From Podarcis tiliguerta (lineage: Eukaryota): a stretch of 64,000 bases of DNA. The notes beneath the pieces are model-generated. The model did not search any database and was not told the origin of the DNA. It was given only the letters and a program-made list of their open reading frames with translations. Shown one piece after another: positions 27,959-38,052 of this stretch. The stretch lies in assembly GCA_965153285.1 (NCBI GenBank), contig OZ229111.1; one strand, 5' to 3'. The translations under genes were made by a program, and so were the position numbers. Numbering within the stretch: position 1 is the stretch's first letter; the number at the start of each line of letters is the position of its first letter.

Positions 27959-30900
27959 ATTAAATATTTTCCTTTTTAAAAAGTTTACAAATGCACATCT
28001 TACTGTCTTGTACTTCCAATACAAATACATGTCAGACTTCCCTCCCTCCCTTTTGTGGTTTCTTATTTAAATTTTTAACACTGCATTTTTCACTTTACTC
28101 CATTTTTGAATTGTTCAACAATTAATCTTACTTATACTTTTAACTTCTTGATTTAAGTTAACCCTACCAATGCTTTTAGTTGCATACCATGATTTTTCAA
28201 ATATTCCACAAATATTCCCCACTCCTTAATAATAATAAAAAATTCTCTTGGTTTCTTAGCACACCCGTTAATTTTGCCATTTCGGCATAATCCATCAGTA
28301 TAGTCAGCCACTCTTCCTTAGTTGGATCAGCATCCTCTTTCCATATCTGGGCAAATACCATTCTTGAACCAGCCAAAGTTGATCTTTTTCAAGTCCTATG
28401 AGTCAAGTCCATGGGAGAGATTAAAGCATTAAAATAGTGAAATCTGAAAGCTTTTATAATTGAATTGCACTTCCGATTAAAAATAATAAACAGCCTTATT
28501 CAAAGGTTAGCAGCTTAGAAATAAGCAGAAAAATAAGTAAGCAGAAAAATAAGTTAGCACATTGTGGAGTTATCACTTAATTGGGTGCATATCCTCTGAT
28601 AGAGGCAAGTTCTGCAGATAACTTTTTTTCCATTTTCATCTGATAAATTTGCCAGTTTCCTTGGAATCACAATGCTCAAGGCTGCAAGCTCAGTTAATGT
28701 GGGTGGAGTTTGGTGTATGAGTTGTGTGATTACTGCATAATATGTGTGCTGGGGGCGGTATTCAGTCTGAAAATCTGGGATGGGTAGAAATTAACTACCT
28801 TCAATGCTATCACAGCACTGCTTTAGAAAGAAAACTATTAGTTCAAGTGACCTTTTTTCATCAGTCTGTGCCTGGAAGGAATCCACAGCAGTCCCAAGAC
28901 TATTGATTCAGCTGAATAACTGCCCTTCTCATGATCAAGTTGTTAAGAGATTAGACAGCAGACAAATTTTGCCTGCTTCATGGTTTCAATTGTTGCAGAC
29001 ATGTTGGAATATACACTGAGTCAGTGTTTGGCTGGTTATGTAGTACACATGCATCTAAGTCATGACTTGGGGTGAAAATGTCCTTCCCCTGATTACCTTT
29101 CTCGTTCCTGCAGTTGGTTCAGACAGAATAGGTCTGCTTTGCAGACAGTACTGATGTTGTTGTGTATGAGAGCCAAAACAGATGTGACCGGGAAATCCAT
29201 GGTCAGATCTCCAGCTCTTTTCTCTCTGTTAAATTGGGATGTGCAGCATTTTGACTGGCACACCGTTGCTGAGGGGAAAGGCTATTTAACACCTTATTTT
29301 TTGAACACCCATTCCCCACCCCCACCCCGCCTGCACTTGCTAGTCCTGTTGGTGGAAATACAATACTGTTACAAGCATCTGTCTTTTTCTCTGAAGGGGG
29401 ATAATAGCAGTTTCAAGGAGGAGATTTCAATCAGGAATACAGAACTTGGAGACAGGGCTAAAAATACTTTCTCCCCCGGTGCTGTTACTATTCCAATTGA
29501 TGTCTGAAGTATAGTGCTCCTGGCATCCTGGAATCACCAGATGCTGCGGATAAGAAAATATTTTTAATTGTAATTGGGGTTTTTTTTATAAATTGTTCCA
29601 TTATGGATGTATTTGCCAGCATGGACTCCTTCAGAAGGATGGGTGGGATTTAACTTGAATGAATGAATAAACAAATAAATAAAAATAGAGTGTGTCACCC
29701 ACACTACGCAAACTGGAAATTTCCTATGCCATACACCTTGAAAAAATTATGGCCAAAATAGAGGTGTATCAATTATCAGCCATTAGTCCTTCCTCAACCA
29801 AATTTCCCTTGCCCTTTGTTTCAGCTCCAGGCAGAGGTGGAGAAACCCCTTCTCAACTTCCGAGAAAACTTCAAGAAAGACATGAAGAAGTATGACCATC
29901 ACATTGCTGATCTGAGGAAGCAGCTGGTTAGCCGGTATGCATCCGTGGAAAAGGTAAGCCAAAGCAGTCAGATGAGTTCATTTGAGGGGGTCAGGGGGCT
30001 GCCTGAAGGTTAGGGATAACTTGGCAATGCCACCTTCAGAAACAGACGATGATAGCTTATGTTTCTTCCCCGGCCAAATCTATTTTGCTTTGAAGAAACA
30101 AGTGCATGTAGTTCATGCTTCAACTTTTTAGCGTGCCCTATATTAAGCCAAAGTAGCTGACTTCTCAGACGAACATAGTGTAGATATTAATATTATTAAA
30201 TGTTGTTTGCTCCATCATTCCTAATAATTTAATAGTTGCCACATCTGAAGAACTACTCTGAAGAGCACCTTTAATCTTTTCTGTGGTGCTAAAACTATCA
30301 TACAGAAGAGGAAGAATCTCTGTGTCTCATAGTTCATGTTCCAGGTTCACGGCCTCCAACAAGGGCATATGTTCCATATTGCAGTGATTAATTCTGAAAG
30401 GGGGGGAGGGATATGAAAAAGAGGAGGTAAATGGGTATTATTTTTCTGCTGAGGAGGATTTCACGGTCATTTCTTTTTGTTTCAAGGCCCGAAAAGCATT
30501 ATCGGAGAGGCAAAAGGATTTGGAGATGAAAACACAGCAGTTGGAGATAAAACTCAGCAACAAGACAGAAGAGGAAATTAAGAAGGCTAGGCGGAAGTCC
30601 ACCCAAGCTGGTGAGTGAGGATAACGTGTGTTAAGAAGGCAGGGAACAGTGGTGTAAAAAGAAAGTTAGGTGGAACAAAGTCCCTGCTGTTTTAGCTTAG
30701 GAGAAAACTTAAGTTTGGGAAGCACCATTTTGTGAGAGGATAAAGAGAGCACAAATGCTGACTGCCTCACTCCACTTCCCCAATGTGATGCCCTCCAGAT
30801 GTTGTTGGACTACAACTTCCATCAGTCCTAGCCAGCATGGCTAATAGCCTAGGATGATAACAGTTGTGCTCCAACAGCATCTGATGGACACCAGGTTGAG

Positions 30901-33548
30901 GAAGGCTGACTAGCTCCCTGAATCTTAACATTTGGTGTTGATCAGGGCTGAATTCATAACAGTTCCTTCCTTCTGGTTAGACTGCAAATATTTACTACAG
31001 ACATCCCAAGGTTTAGGTGCTATTGATAAGTTCCAGGATTTAGCTTCTTTCCCCCCACAGAGGACCACTGTTACTTACATCTGAAAGACAAGAGGAGGAA
31101 ATGTATGTAGAGCAATTAAGGAAAAGTGACCAATTATGGAGGTCTTTGTAATGCTGGAAGAGTCAGACAAGAGTTTAGTATATCAAATTGTCAACACTCC
31201 TTGAAGCTGGTTAGTTCAGTGGTGTGACTTTCTGTGATTAAATTTGTCCGTTTCCTCTCTGTTTCCTTGTATTTATGTTAAATATGTGACTAGCAGAAAG
31301 TAGTGCTGGAGGTGCTCTCTACATTCAACACTTCGTGATTCCATGTAAATTGCATTTTATAAAATACATACTCTCTGATTTGTACACTAGATGGCAGGAG
31401 AGATATTCACTACTACTTGACTCAAAAACCTTGCTTAAAAAAATCATATGATTTAAAAACAGCGTTAGCCTGGGTCTGCTCCTGCATTTGTTCTGCTTGA
31501 AAACAATATTTGAGGTTTCAGGTAGTAGCAGCATTAGAATGATCCATGCTGAAACTGATAAGAGGAGCAGCTTTTCCTGCTGCTTACCAGCATGCTGCAA
31601 CGTGAGGGAGGCAGTGAGGGTTAGGCTGGGGCACTTGATTGGCTCTACTCATATGACATCACTGCTGCCCTGCTGCACCTCTGCACCATTCTGGTACATG
31701 GAAGCAATTCTGCTGAGAGGAGATCAGGTATATGGTTCCTCTTGTCCCCCCCGGACAGCTACTCCTGGCCAGTAAAGAGAGTTTAACAAAGGGAAGCCAT
31801 AAAACAAGCATGGATTGCCCATTTGACATAGCAAATAAATACCCAAGGCTTGGGGCAAGAACTCCATTTTGTTTCCTCACTGAACTGTAATTTTGTTTCT
31901 CAGTCCAATTGAAATTGAAATTTCAAAAAGTGGGAAACAATATTTTTCCCTTTGTTCCACGACACAGTTTCTGAATATTTTCATGACTCTTGGCCTCTGT
32001 GGCCAGGGAGACTTGGGGAGATTTCCTTGAAGGGAGAGGAGGACATACCTGGGAGGTAGGAAATCATTGGACTGGTTTCTTTCTCAGTGTTTGTCTTACA
32101 AAAATGCTCCATTGTGAGGCATGCTGTCCAGCTGGATGAGCCCGTGGTTTGTGTTTGGCAACTATGTTTCACTCCTATTAATAAGGATGGAGAGATCACC
32201 ACTCACTTCTCTCCTAATGAGTTTGATTTAGCTACACTACATTCTCTTTGGTCTTAACACCTTGCATGTAGAAACTTGTAGATAACTACACTTTCACTTC
32301 TAAGTAACCTTTAGGGCGAGTGAGTGGGCTTGCAAAAAAAAAAAGTTACTCACTGTTCTTTGCTTTGCTTTGTGTGTTGCAGGAGATGACCTCATGCGCT
32401 GTGTGGATCTGTATAATCAAGCCCAGTCAAAGTGGTTTGAAGAAATGGTGACCACCTCTCTGGTATGTCATGTAGGGTCTCTCCATGTTATGCTTCAGTG
32501 ATAAGTGCCCATCTGGTAAACGTTATCAAAAGTTCAGCCCATGCCTGATCTTGCCACAACATTCTCAGGTCCAACTCTGGGCGGCTTCCAGCATATATAA
32601 AAGCATAGCAAAACATTAAACCTTAAAAAGCAATCTTGGCAAATTCAGCATACATTGTGTATGCAACAGTTTTTCTGGTCTGTGCACTGTTACAGTGGCC
32701 CCTGCATTCTGAGAGGGCTCATTACAGAGACTATCGATTGGGTATTCATAGTAGGAGCTGTGGTAGCAGGTAAAGCCCTCATCTGCTTCAGCTCTTGTTT
32801 GATCCATGCTCTTGTTTTGGATGGATTCTTTAGAGAACAAAAGTGAAGTTCTTAGTCACTAAGAAATTCTAGGTGGTTCACATAAAGCAATCTCACCTTT
32901 CATTTGATGTTCAAGTATACTGCCTTATCCCCCATCTTTTAATGAAAATCTTTTATTGTTTCCTTTCAGGAGCTTGAAAGGCTAGAGGTGGAGAGAGTGG
33001 AGATGATTCGGCAGCACCTTTGTCAATATACGCAGTTGCGGCACGAGACAGATATGTTCAACCAAAGCGTGAGTCTGCTTGGCCTTTTCTCCTTTCTGAA
33101 GCAGTATTTCAGCAGGCCCTTGTAAACCCAAGGCCTTAGAGTTGCACTGCGCCCGCCAAACTCTTGCCCTCCAGTGTAGACAATGGCATAAGTACCACAG
33201 CTGACTTGAAAAAACAAACGATCTATTAAAACGCATTGGCCTCCTTGATGTAATATCTGTGGTCTGGTCTTCTTTCAAAATGGTACCCTTGGAATAGCTC
33301 AAGGCCTAGTGAGGAAACAAATCTGAAGAACTGGGAGAAGGAGGTGGGGAAGTGGTTCAGTTTTGCTAGGGGGTCTCATGAAGCATTCCCTTATGCTCTT
33401 ATGGTAACACTGTTGTTGTTTCTGTGTCTTTTAGACAGTAGAACCCGTGGATCAGTTGCTTCAGAAAGTGGATCCAGCCAAAGACAGGGAACTGTGGGTA
33501 AAAGAACACAAAACCGGTAATATCAGACCCGTGGATATGGAGATATAG
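3629..33548 (+). CDS. GAS7: Growth arrest-specific protein 7, 5'-partial spliced CDS: join(3629-3706,6346-6431,12313-12366,18906-18995,20856-20971,24964-25038,27397-27475,29825-29953,30487-30610,32383-32462,32970-33068,33435-33548). SH3 and most of WW lie upstream of the window.
   Basis: 12 AG/GT-bounded exons with consistent phases (1124 nt = 2 nt + 374 codons including TAG). Translation runs from ..TTWERPSS to ..HKTGNIRPVDMEI*, recognisable as vertebrate GAS7. Confidence 0.97.
4177..4488 (+). mobile_element. Sauria SINE (Squam1 type), 5'-truncated
   Basis: B-box GGTTCGAATCC; body gagctcccgttgctc..cagcagttcgaaagc..gctggccacatgacccgga; ends ggggtccctttacctttac; homologous to 55378-55697. Confidence 0.9.
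4765..5730 (-). mobile_element. L1/Tx1-clade LINE 3' fragment (degenerate ORF2 C-terminus and 3'UTR)
   Basis: ORF 5085-5363 reads ..C.LVQDFW..I...P.LMLL.IF....LAA....QW......W...LW, the pattern of L1/Tx1 ORF2 C-termini; boundaries approximate. Confidence 0.7.
6346..6431 (+). CDS. GAS7: GAS7 exon: (V)NGYHIPGTLVPQLEPSHMSLRKVGSDPQ
   Basis: cttttctttacag| and |gtaagc; 86 nt; matches the GAS7 VNGYH...HMSxRK linker. Confidence 0.93.
6997..7088 (+). repeat. T-rich local duplication (aacttgttagaagt8gtaggtn x2)
   Basis: Seen directly. Confidence 0.85.
8854..9331 (+). mobile_element. tRNA-derived SINE with CR1-like tail (Squam2-like, name tentative), interrupted by a second SINE at 9046-9300
   Basis: tRNA-like head with ggttcaatccc; tail ataaggcagcttcctgtgttcctatg resumes at 9301-9331. 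Confidence 0.75.
9046..9300 (+). mobile_element. Squam3-like tRNA-derived SINE, full length, with (CTT)n tail
   Basis: gagagccagtgtggtgtagtg head (A-box), gggttcacatctcc (B-box), core gtgaccttgggccagtcac, (ctt)6 tail. Confidence 0.82.
10911..11152 (+). mobile_element. Tc1/mariner(pogo)-type MITE, 242 bp
   Basis: TIRs CAGTGGTACCTTGGGTTA / TAACCCGAGGTATCACTG; TA target duplications at 10909-10910 and 11153-11154; paralogous to the 16565 and 52541 copies. Confidence 0.92.
11950..12261 (+). promoter_or_regulatory. Putative intronic promoter / 5'UTR of the short GAS7 isoform
   Basis: Lies directly upstream of ATG 12262. Locally more CpG-rich. ATTGG 11992-11996, CCAAT 12162-12166, ETS-type CAGGAAG 12133-12139, NF-kB-consensus GGGAATCTCC 12151-12160. 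Confidence 0.5.
12262..12366 (+). CDS. GAS7: Alternative first coding exon of the short (GAS7a-type) isoform: MSDVECSFDDASCLSPQ + SPGSPSPTRKQNKETTFT
   Basis: accATGt at 12262 is in frame with exon 12313-12366, with an in-frame TAA at 12244 upstream. The peptide resembles the human short-isoform N-terminus MSNMENSFDDVSCLSPQ (from memory). The spliced product would be 336 aa. Confidence 0.85.
12313..12366 (+). CDS. GAS7: GAS7 internal exon (long isoforms): SPGSPSPTRKQNKETTFT
   Basis: ctctctcctcag| and |gtaagt; 54 nt, phase 0-0. Confidence 0.92.
13955..14115 (+). mobile_element. Old tRNA-derived SINE fragment (Squam3/MIR-like)
   Basis: gggagaccagggttcaaatcccc B-box, core-like body, A-rich end. 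Confidence 0.6.
14548..14690 (-). mobile_element. Short tRNA-derived SINE with CR1 3' tail
   Basis: Minus strand reads A-box (ctcagttggctagagc), B-box (ggttcgatccc), then ggactagatgacc..ccaactctac..atgattcta. Confidence 0.75.
15181..15312. mobile_element. hAT-type palindromic MITE
   Basis: Same palindromic core (ccaactccaatcatccc / gggatgatgggagctgtagtcc). Confidence 0.75.
16565..16806 (+). mobile_element. Tc1/mariner-type MITE, 242 bp, same family
   Basis: TA|CAGTGGCACCTC...GAGGTACTACTG|TA; same internal sequence. Confidence 0.9.
18906..18995 (+). CDS. GAS7: GAS7 exon: INCVTFPHPDAMPEQQLLKPSEWSYCDYFW
   Basis: tttttgtcag| and |gtaagt; 90 nt; near-identical to GAS7. Confidence 0.97.
19351..19477. 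mobile_element. hAT-type palindromic MITE
   Basis: CAGGCAT...ATGCCTG ends; 8-bp TSD gtgtagcc/atgtagcc; internal inverted repeat actacaactcccatcatcc / ggatgatgggatttgtagt. Confidence 0.88.
20856..20971 (+). CDS. GAS7: GAS7 exon (FCH/F-BAR start): TDKKDPQGNSTVSGFEILLQKQLKGKQMQKEMAEFIRE(R)
   Basis: ttcctttag| and |gtaact; 116 nt. Confidence 0.97.
21909..22184. mobile_element. Second Tc1/mariner-type MITE family, GC-rich interior
   Basis: 27-bp TIRs (CCATATTTTTCGCCCTATAGGATGCAC versus reverse complement CCGTATTTTTCGCCCCATAGGACGCAC); TA on both sides; internal direct repeat gcaactctccgcaagc.gcgggagccca. Confidence 0.9.
23781..23848 (+). repeat. 26-bp tandem repeat x2.6
   Basis: acgattttagcatagtacagagctcc repeated head to tail with no spacers. 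Confidence 0.95.
24240..24802 (+). mobile_element. Possible decayed solo LTR-like element
   Basis: Purine/GAG-rich block starting TG (acidic pseudo-ORF 24235-24531); boundaries uncertain. Confidence 0.3.
24964..25038 (+). CDS. GAS7: GAS7 exon: IKIEEEYAKNLSKLSQNSLAAQEE(G)
   Basis: gttctccag| and |gtaagg; 75 nt; FCH RxxIEEEYAKxL motif. Confidence 0.97.
27397..27475 (+). CDS. GAS7: GAS7 exon: TLGESWSQLKKSLADEAEVHLKFSSK
   Basis: tgtttcag| and |gtaatc; 79 nt. Confidence 0.97.
27695..27860 (-). mobile_element. Degenerate SINE related to the 8854 family
   Basis: ataggaagctgc tail and tRNA-like head (gaaccttctgcactcaaagcatg) in reverse orientation. Confidence 0.6.
27917..27959. repeat. (GTT)n microsatellite, the tail of the adjacent LINE
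   Basis: ~14 GTT units. Confidence 0.95.
27917..28364 (-). mobile_element. 5'-truncated L1-clade LINE with (AAC)n tail and 17-bp TSD
   Basis: Minus strand encodes RMVFAQIWKEDADPTKEEWLTILMDYAEMAKLTG; TGAACCAGCCAAAGTTG occurs at both 27900-27916 and 28365-28381. Confidence 0.88.
29825..29953 (+). CDS. GAS7: GAS7 exon: LQAEVEKPLLNFRENFKKDMKKYDHHIADLRKQLVSRYASVEK
   Basis: tttgtttcag| and |gtaagc; 129 nt; lies inside ORF 29816-30013. Confidence 0.97.
30487..30610 (+). CDS. GAS7: GAS7 exon: ARKALSERQKDLEMKTQQLEIKLSNKTEEEIKKARRKSTQA(G)
   Basis: ttgtttcaag| (AAG acceptor) and |gtgagt; 124 nt; coiled coil. Confidence 0.97.
30772..30908. mobile_element. hAT-type palindromic MITE
   Basis: ccagatgttgttggactacaact...ccaacagcatctg...gaaggctg. 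Confidence 0.75.
32383..32462 (+). CDS. GAS7: GAS7 exon: DDLMRCVDLYNQAQSKWFEEMVTTSL
   Basis: gtgttgcag| and |gtatgt; 80 nt. Confidence 0.97.
32970..33068 (+). CDS. GAS7: GAS7 exon: ELERLEVERVEMIRQHLCQYTQLRHETDMFNQS
   Basis: tcctttcag| and |gtgagt; 99 nt. Confidence 0.97.
33435..33548 (+). CDS. GAS7: GAS7 last coding exon: TVEPVDQLLQKVDPAKDRELWVKEHKTGNIRPVDMEI*
   Basis: gtcttttag| acceptor; TAG stop at 33546-33548. Confidence 0.97.
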   Translation, partial: TVEPVDQLLQKVDPAKDRELWVKEHKTGNIRPVDMEI

Positions 33549-34220
33549 ACTGCTGTTACTGGCTGTAAGTGGTGGGCTCCTTGTCCCAGCCATGTTCGAG
33601 AGAGTTCTGTAAAGCCTCAGGAGTAGGGGAAAGAGAGACGTTCTGCTGTCAGCTTCCTTATATATTTATTATTGCCTGTAGGGACTATTTCTGTCATGTT
33701 TGATCATTATTTCATTTCCTGTTGTGCTTTGCCTTAAACATCGAACATTCCAGGTTTGAGAAGCCACGCTTTATACTTCCTTTCAAAAATGGGCTGTCAG
33801 CAGCCAAGCAGTTGCCGCACTCGTGATAAGCTGCAGGGGTTGTTTTCTGGTACAAAGAGAGTTTTGCTATTCAATTGTGATTGACTATCTCATGCTACTC
33901 CCCTTGCATGATGCTCTGTTTGTACAGCAATGCTAAGACACAATATGCCTCTGCCAAACAAACGAGACTGGTGAATTTGAACACGACTCTGGAAGGAGTG
34001 AGATCTTCCTGAATATTGCCACTTAATTGTATGGAAAGGGGGGGGGGGTTGAGGAAAACGCTCCTGTCCTCCCTTTACAATTTATGAAATGGCATTCATA
34101 AAGCTAACCTACCTCACAGGGGTGTTGTGAGGATAACAGTAAAGCCTGTACAATATGTATTTTTTAACAAATCCTGACTCCCATGCCTGCAGACTGCTGT
34201 TGTGAGGCCATCTGTAAAAT

Positions 34221-34517
34221 TGTGTCTTTTTCAGTACAAAAGAAAATGAGGTAATAGGTCTGGTGACCTTATGAAAAGGTTGGTCCTTCTTTATATACCC
34301 TCTCAGGTACTCACTGACTGTAGTCCTCAAGCCACTTACTCTGAATAGGTGGGATTCCTATCATTGGAAGCCCTGCAGGAGGGCTTCTGTTTTACAGCAG
34401 GGCTTCCCCCCCTTCTCTTCCTCCTGTACCCCCCAAAATTTGGTTCTTGAGAGGCAGGAGGGCCCCCCAAAACAACACGGTGGGAGGGGGGATTGTTCCA
34501 TCTGGCAAGCTGATATG
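34221..34517 (+). repeat. Copy 1 of a ~295-bp local direct duplication
   Basis: Aligns by eye along its length with 37758-38052. Confidence 0.95.
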
Positions 34518-36611
34518 CTTGTGTAGGCAGAATATTTGTAACAGCGTGACAATGAATCCCACCCATGGTCTCCTTGACTTTGCCAGGGACAATTCTTGAG
34601 GAAATGTTCTGAGAATTGCACACATTTATCAGCACTCTCCAGAAGAAAAGAATGTCCTCCATAGAATAGATAATAAGGCTGCAGTGATTAGGACCCTGAT
34701 GCTGTAGTCTTCAAAGAACTTTTTGAATGCTTCCCTTGAAAGATTGTAGCCAAATCGAATTAATTAAGGCATTGCTTGAGCTTTACTTTCCACCAAATAA
34801 CTTACGAGTTTACAGACTATATAGATGGCAGAACTTCCTAGCTAATGTGTCTTACCTCAAACATGAGTTACCCAAAAGGTGGATTTATCCAATTGCCACA
34901 GCAACATTCAAGTGGGACCTGCTCTTTGGGGAGGATTTAACAGGCCTTTGGCTCCTGAACTCCTCCATCATGGCAGCCATTTTAAAACAAGGAATTCAGT
35001 CTGTGTTAAATCTTTTCAGAAGACAGTTCCATGTAGCTCCCAACATGCTGTGATAGCCAAAAATCAACACAAGTAAATTAGAAACGATTGTATAAATCCT
35101 GCCAAACATGCATTCTGAAGCTAATATTCTGAAGTGCAGCTCTTTTCGTGAATGACGATGGACCCAATTGATCCTGAGGTCCCAAATGTTGAGAACTGTT
35201 GGAGAAGAACCACGGTGTTCTTTGTCCCTCTTTTTTCTTCATTTGTCTTGCCTTGTCTTGCCTTGGTATTTATACAGAACAAATATTTCCCCTCTGAATT
35301 TATCAGATCTCTCTTCATTCCTCATACTGCCAAGTGTTTTGTTTGATCAGCTGTCATAAGCAAATGTGAGGAGCAGATAGCCCTTTATGTCCTTCCTGAG
35401 TATTCCAATATTCTTTTTACTGGAATGCCTAAGTCTGTACTATGACTAGATTTCTCATAATCGCTGAATAAATGTTTTTATTTTTTGAATGATGATAGGT
35501 GTTGCAGATAAGTGGAGTTCCATGAGCTCACTTTGGCCTGAGTGGGTTGAGGTGTAGGTGGGAGAGGAGACATTTGTTTTGTTTGGTGCTGTCAAGCAAA
35601 TTATCCCAATAAGTTATAACACAACTTCAGCTAATTTGATCATTCTTGCGTACTCTTCCCTTGCTTTACTTCCAGTGAAATATCATTTCCCCCCCTCTTT
35701 CTGTGTAACATCAGGTTTCTAATAGGAAACACATTTCATCTTTCCCCCCCAAGAAACTGACCATCAAGGTTGCAAAAAGAACGATTTATCCTGTTGGTAT
35801 GTGTGGGGAAATTGAGACTTGGACACATCCCAGCATTAAAAAGATTTCCAAGGCATCCGTTCAATTCTTCTTCCTGTTTTGAAAACCAGAGTCATATTTC
35901 CATATTCTGTGCATCCTTCAACCAGCTTGCCATTGTCTGGAGCATCCCTCACTTACCTTTTCCTGGCCTTCTCACTTGTCACTCCCTGCATGATATAGAC
36001 CTTGTCCTCTCATTTTCCTTCACGTGCGTTCTCAGGTATCAGCCAACATAAGTGAAACTGCCCACACAAATTGTGAAAAATAACAGACCATCTCTCAAAA
36101 TATATTTTAAGCCATTGCTCCATAAATACTCAACAGCACCTGACAGATTTTGTTCTCGTGTGTCTGCTGCTTTGCACCAAATAAGAATTGTCTCATTTTT
36201 CTATGTTCTGTAGTGACCTACCCATTTATCCTCCCTCTCCATGTTTCTGGTGTCTTTCTCCTTTTTTCTTCAGAGTCTGGAGGTATCACACTGCACTCTG
36301 CTCTACCAATTTTACTTTGAGGAGCCGCCTCATTTAAAGCAAGCTCTCCCAGACATTGCTAAAGATTATATACTGATTTAGAAGTCTCTTTTTATAATGT
36401 GGCAGATCTATAAGGTAATTGGTAATGTGCTTGTGCTAGGTTTGTTTGTTTGTTTTGCTATTTTTATATACCAGATACCTTTTTCTTCAGGGCTGATACA
36501 GCCTGTTCGCACTTTAAAATTTCTGTCTTGCACCAAGTGGCACCCATTGAGTTCTAAGATTTGAGTGGCCGGTTCCATTAGGTTCAAGCCATTAGTACTA
36601 CCCTCTAACAT

Positions 36612-36773
36612 CCTCATTTCTCCTTCCTTGTTCTCCTTAAAGCTCTCTTTTGCCATGTATCTATTCAGGATTTGCCTCATTTCTCCTTCCTTGTTCTCTT
36701 TTGCCATGTATCTATTCAGGATTTGCCTCATTTCTCCTTCCTTGTTCTCCTTAAAGCTCTCTTTTGCCATGTA
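36612..36773 (+). repeat. Tandem repeat with units of 63, 51 and 48 (partial) bp
   Basis: cctcatttctccttccttgttct[ccttaaagctct]cttttgccatgtatctattcaggatttg x ~2.7. Confidence 0.95.
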
Positions 36774-37757
36774 AAGTAGATATAGGTGGCTTCAAACAGA
36801 GGAAGGGGCAAGCAGAGTGGGATTTGCCCCTGATTTGCAAATCCTGAATAGACAATTAGTTGGCAAGGAACAGATTAAACGGCCTCTTTCTTTGTTCTTC
36901 TGGTTCTCTGCATAACCTGATGCAATGGATGGTTGCTTTTCATGACTTAAGAAAGCCTTTCGGGGGAAACAATCACAGCATTACGCCCAACCATTTCACC
37001 ATAACCAGACAGCCATTTTATGTGTAACATGTTTCTACTCAGGCTTGTCGTCAGAAACTTTCTTTGCTGTACTGCTTTATGATTTGTGCTTCGTTCTCAT
37101 CTAAACTTCTGGGCTCAAAACTTAAAAGGAGAGACCTGTTCAAATGATAATGCTCTTTTAAAAGGAGACCAACAAAAAAAGTTCAGCATACCAATTTTGT
37201 GATGTTCTTTCTCTTTAATTGAAGTTCAAAACCTCATTGCCTCTGTGCCATCTCAGTGTTCTCACTGGATGTCCTTGCTTTCTGGGTGCTATTGATCACA
37301 TTCCTACTATTTTTATATTTTAAAAAATGACATTTGTTATATGACTTGCAGTCATGAGATGGTTCGCAAGTGCCATTCATGCTTCAGGTTCTTCTTTTAT
37401 ATCAGTTCATATTTAACTTGAATTTTCATTAGATTGCCATTCATGAACAGCCTATTTTTGTTGCATCTGTTTTCTAGCTGCTTAATCTCAATGTCATTTT
37501 AACACACAGTGCTCATGGCTTATACACTTGCCAACACTCAACAATATGAAATAAGTCCTAACTGATTTGTTCAGTTTTCCGGTTTCACATAGGAGAGTTT
37601 TATTGCTCTATCGGGATGTCTTTCTAACATCTCCAGTTTCTTTTCTGGAAAAGGTGTGTTCTAAGAGATAATCAGCTTAAAATAAAATAAACACTCCTAA
37701 GCACAGCCATCGGGCAGTTACTATAACAGGAACTCTGAGCATATCCAGATGCAAATC

Positions 37758-38052
37758 TGTGTTTTTCAGTACAAAAGAAAATGAGGTAATAGGTCTGGTG
37801 ACCTTACGAAAGGCTTGGTCCTTCTTTATATACCCTCTCAGGTACTCACTGGCTGTAGTCCACAAGCCACTTACTCTAAATGGGTGGGATTCATTTAATA
37901 AACCCTATCAGTGGAAGCCCTGCCTTTACAGCAGGGCTTCCCCCCCATCTCCTCCTCCTGCACCCCCCAAAATTTGGTTCTTGGGAGGCAGGAGGGCCCC
38001 CCAGAACAACATGGTGGGAGGGGGGGATTGTTCCAACTGGCAAGCCGATCTG
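37758..38052 (+). repeat. Copy 2 of a ~295-bp local direct duplication
   Basis: Aligns with 34221-34517; two reciprocal ~12-13 bp indels. Confidence 0.95.

Noticed and set aside
36408-36774. Repetitive ORFs on both strands (MAKESFKENKEGEMRQILNRY...)
   Set aside because: An artefact of tandem units whose lengths (63 and 51) are multiples of 3; no splice or promoter context.
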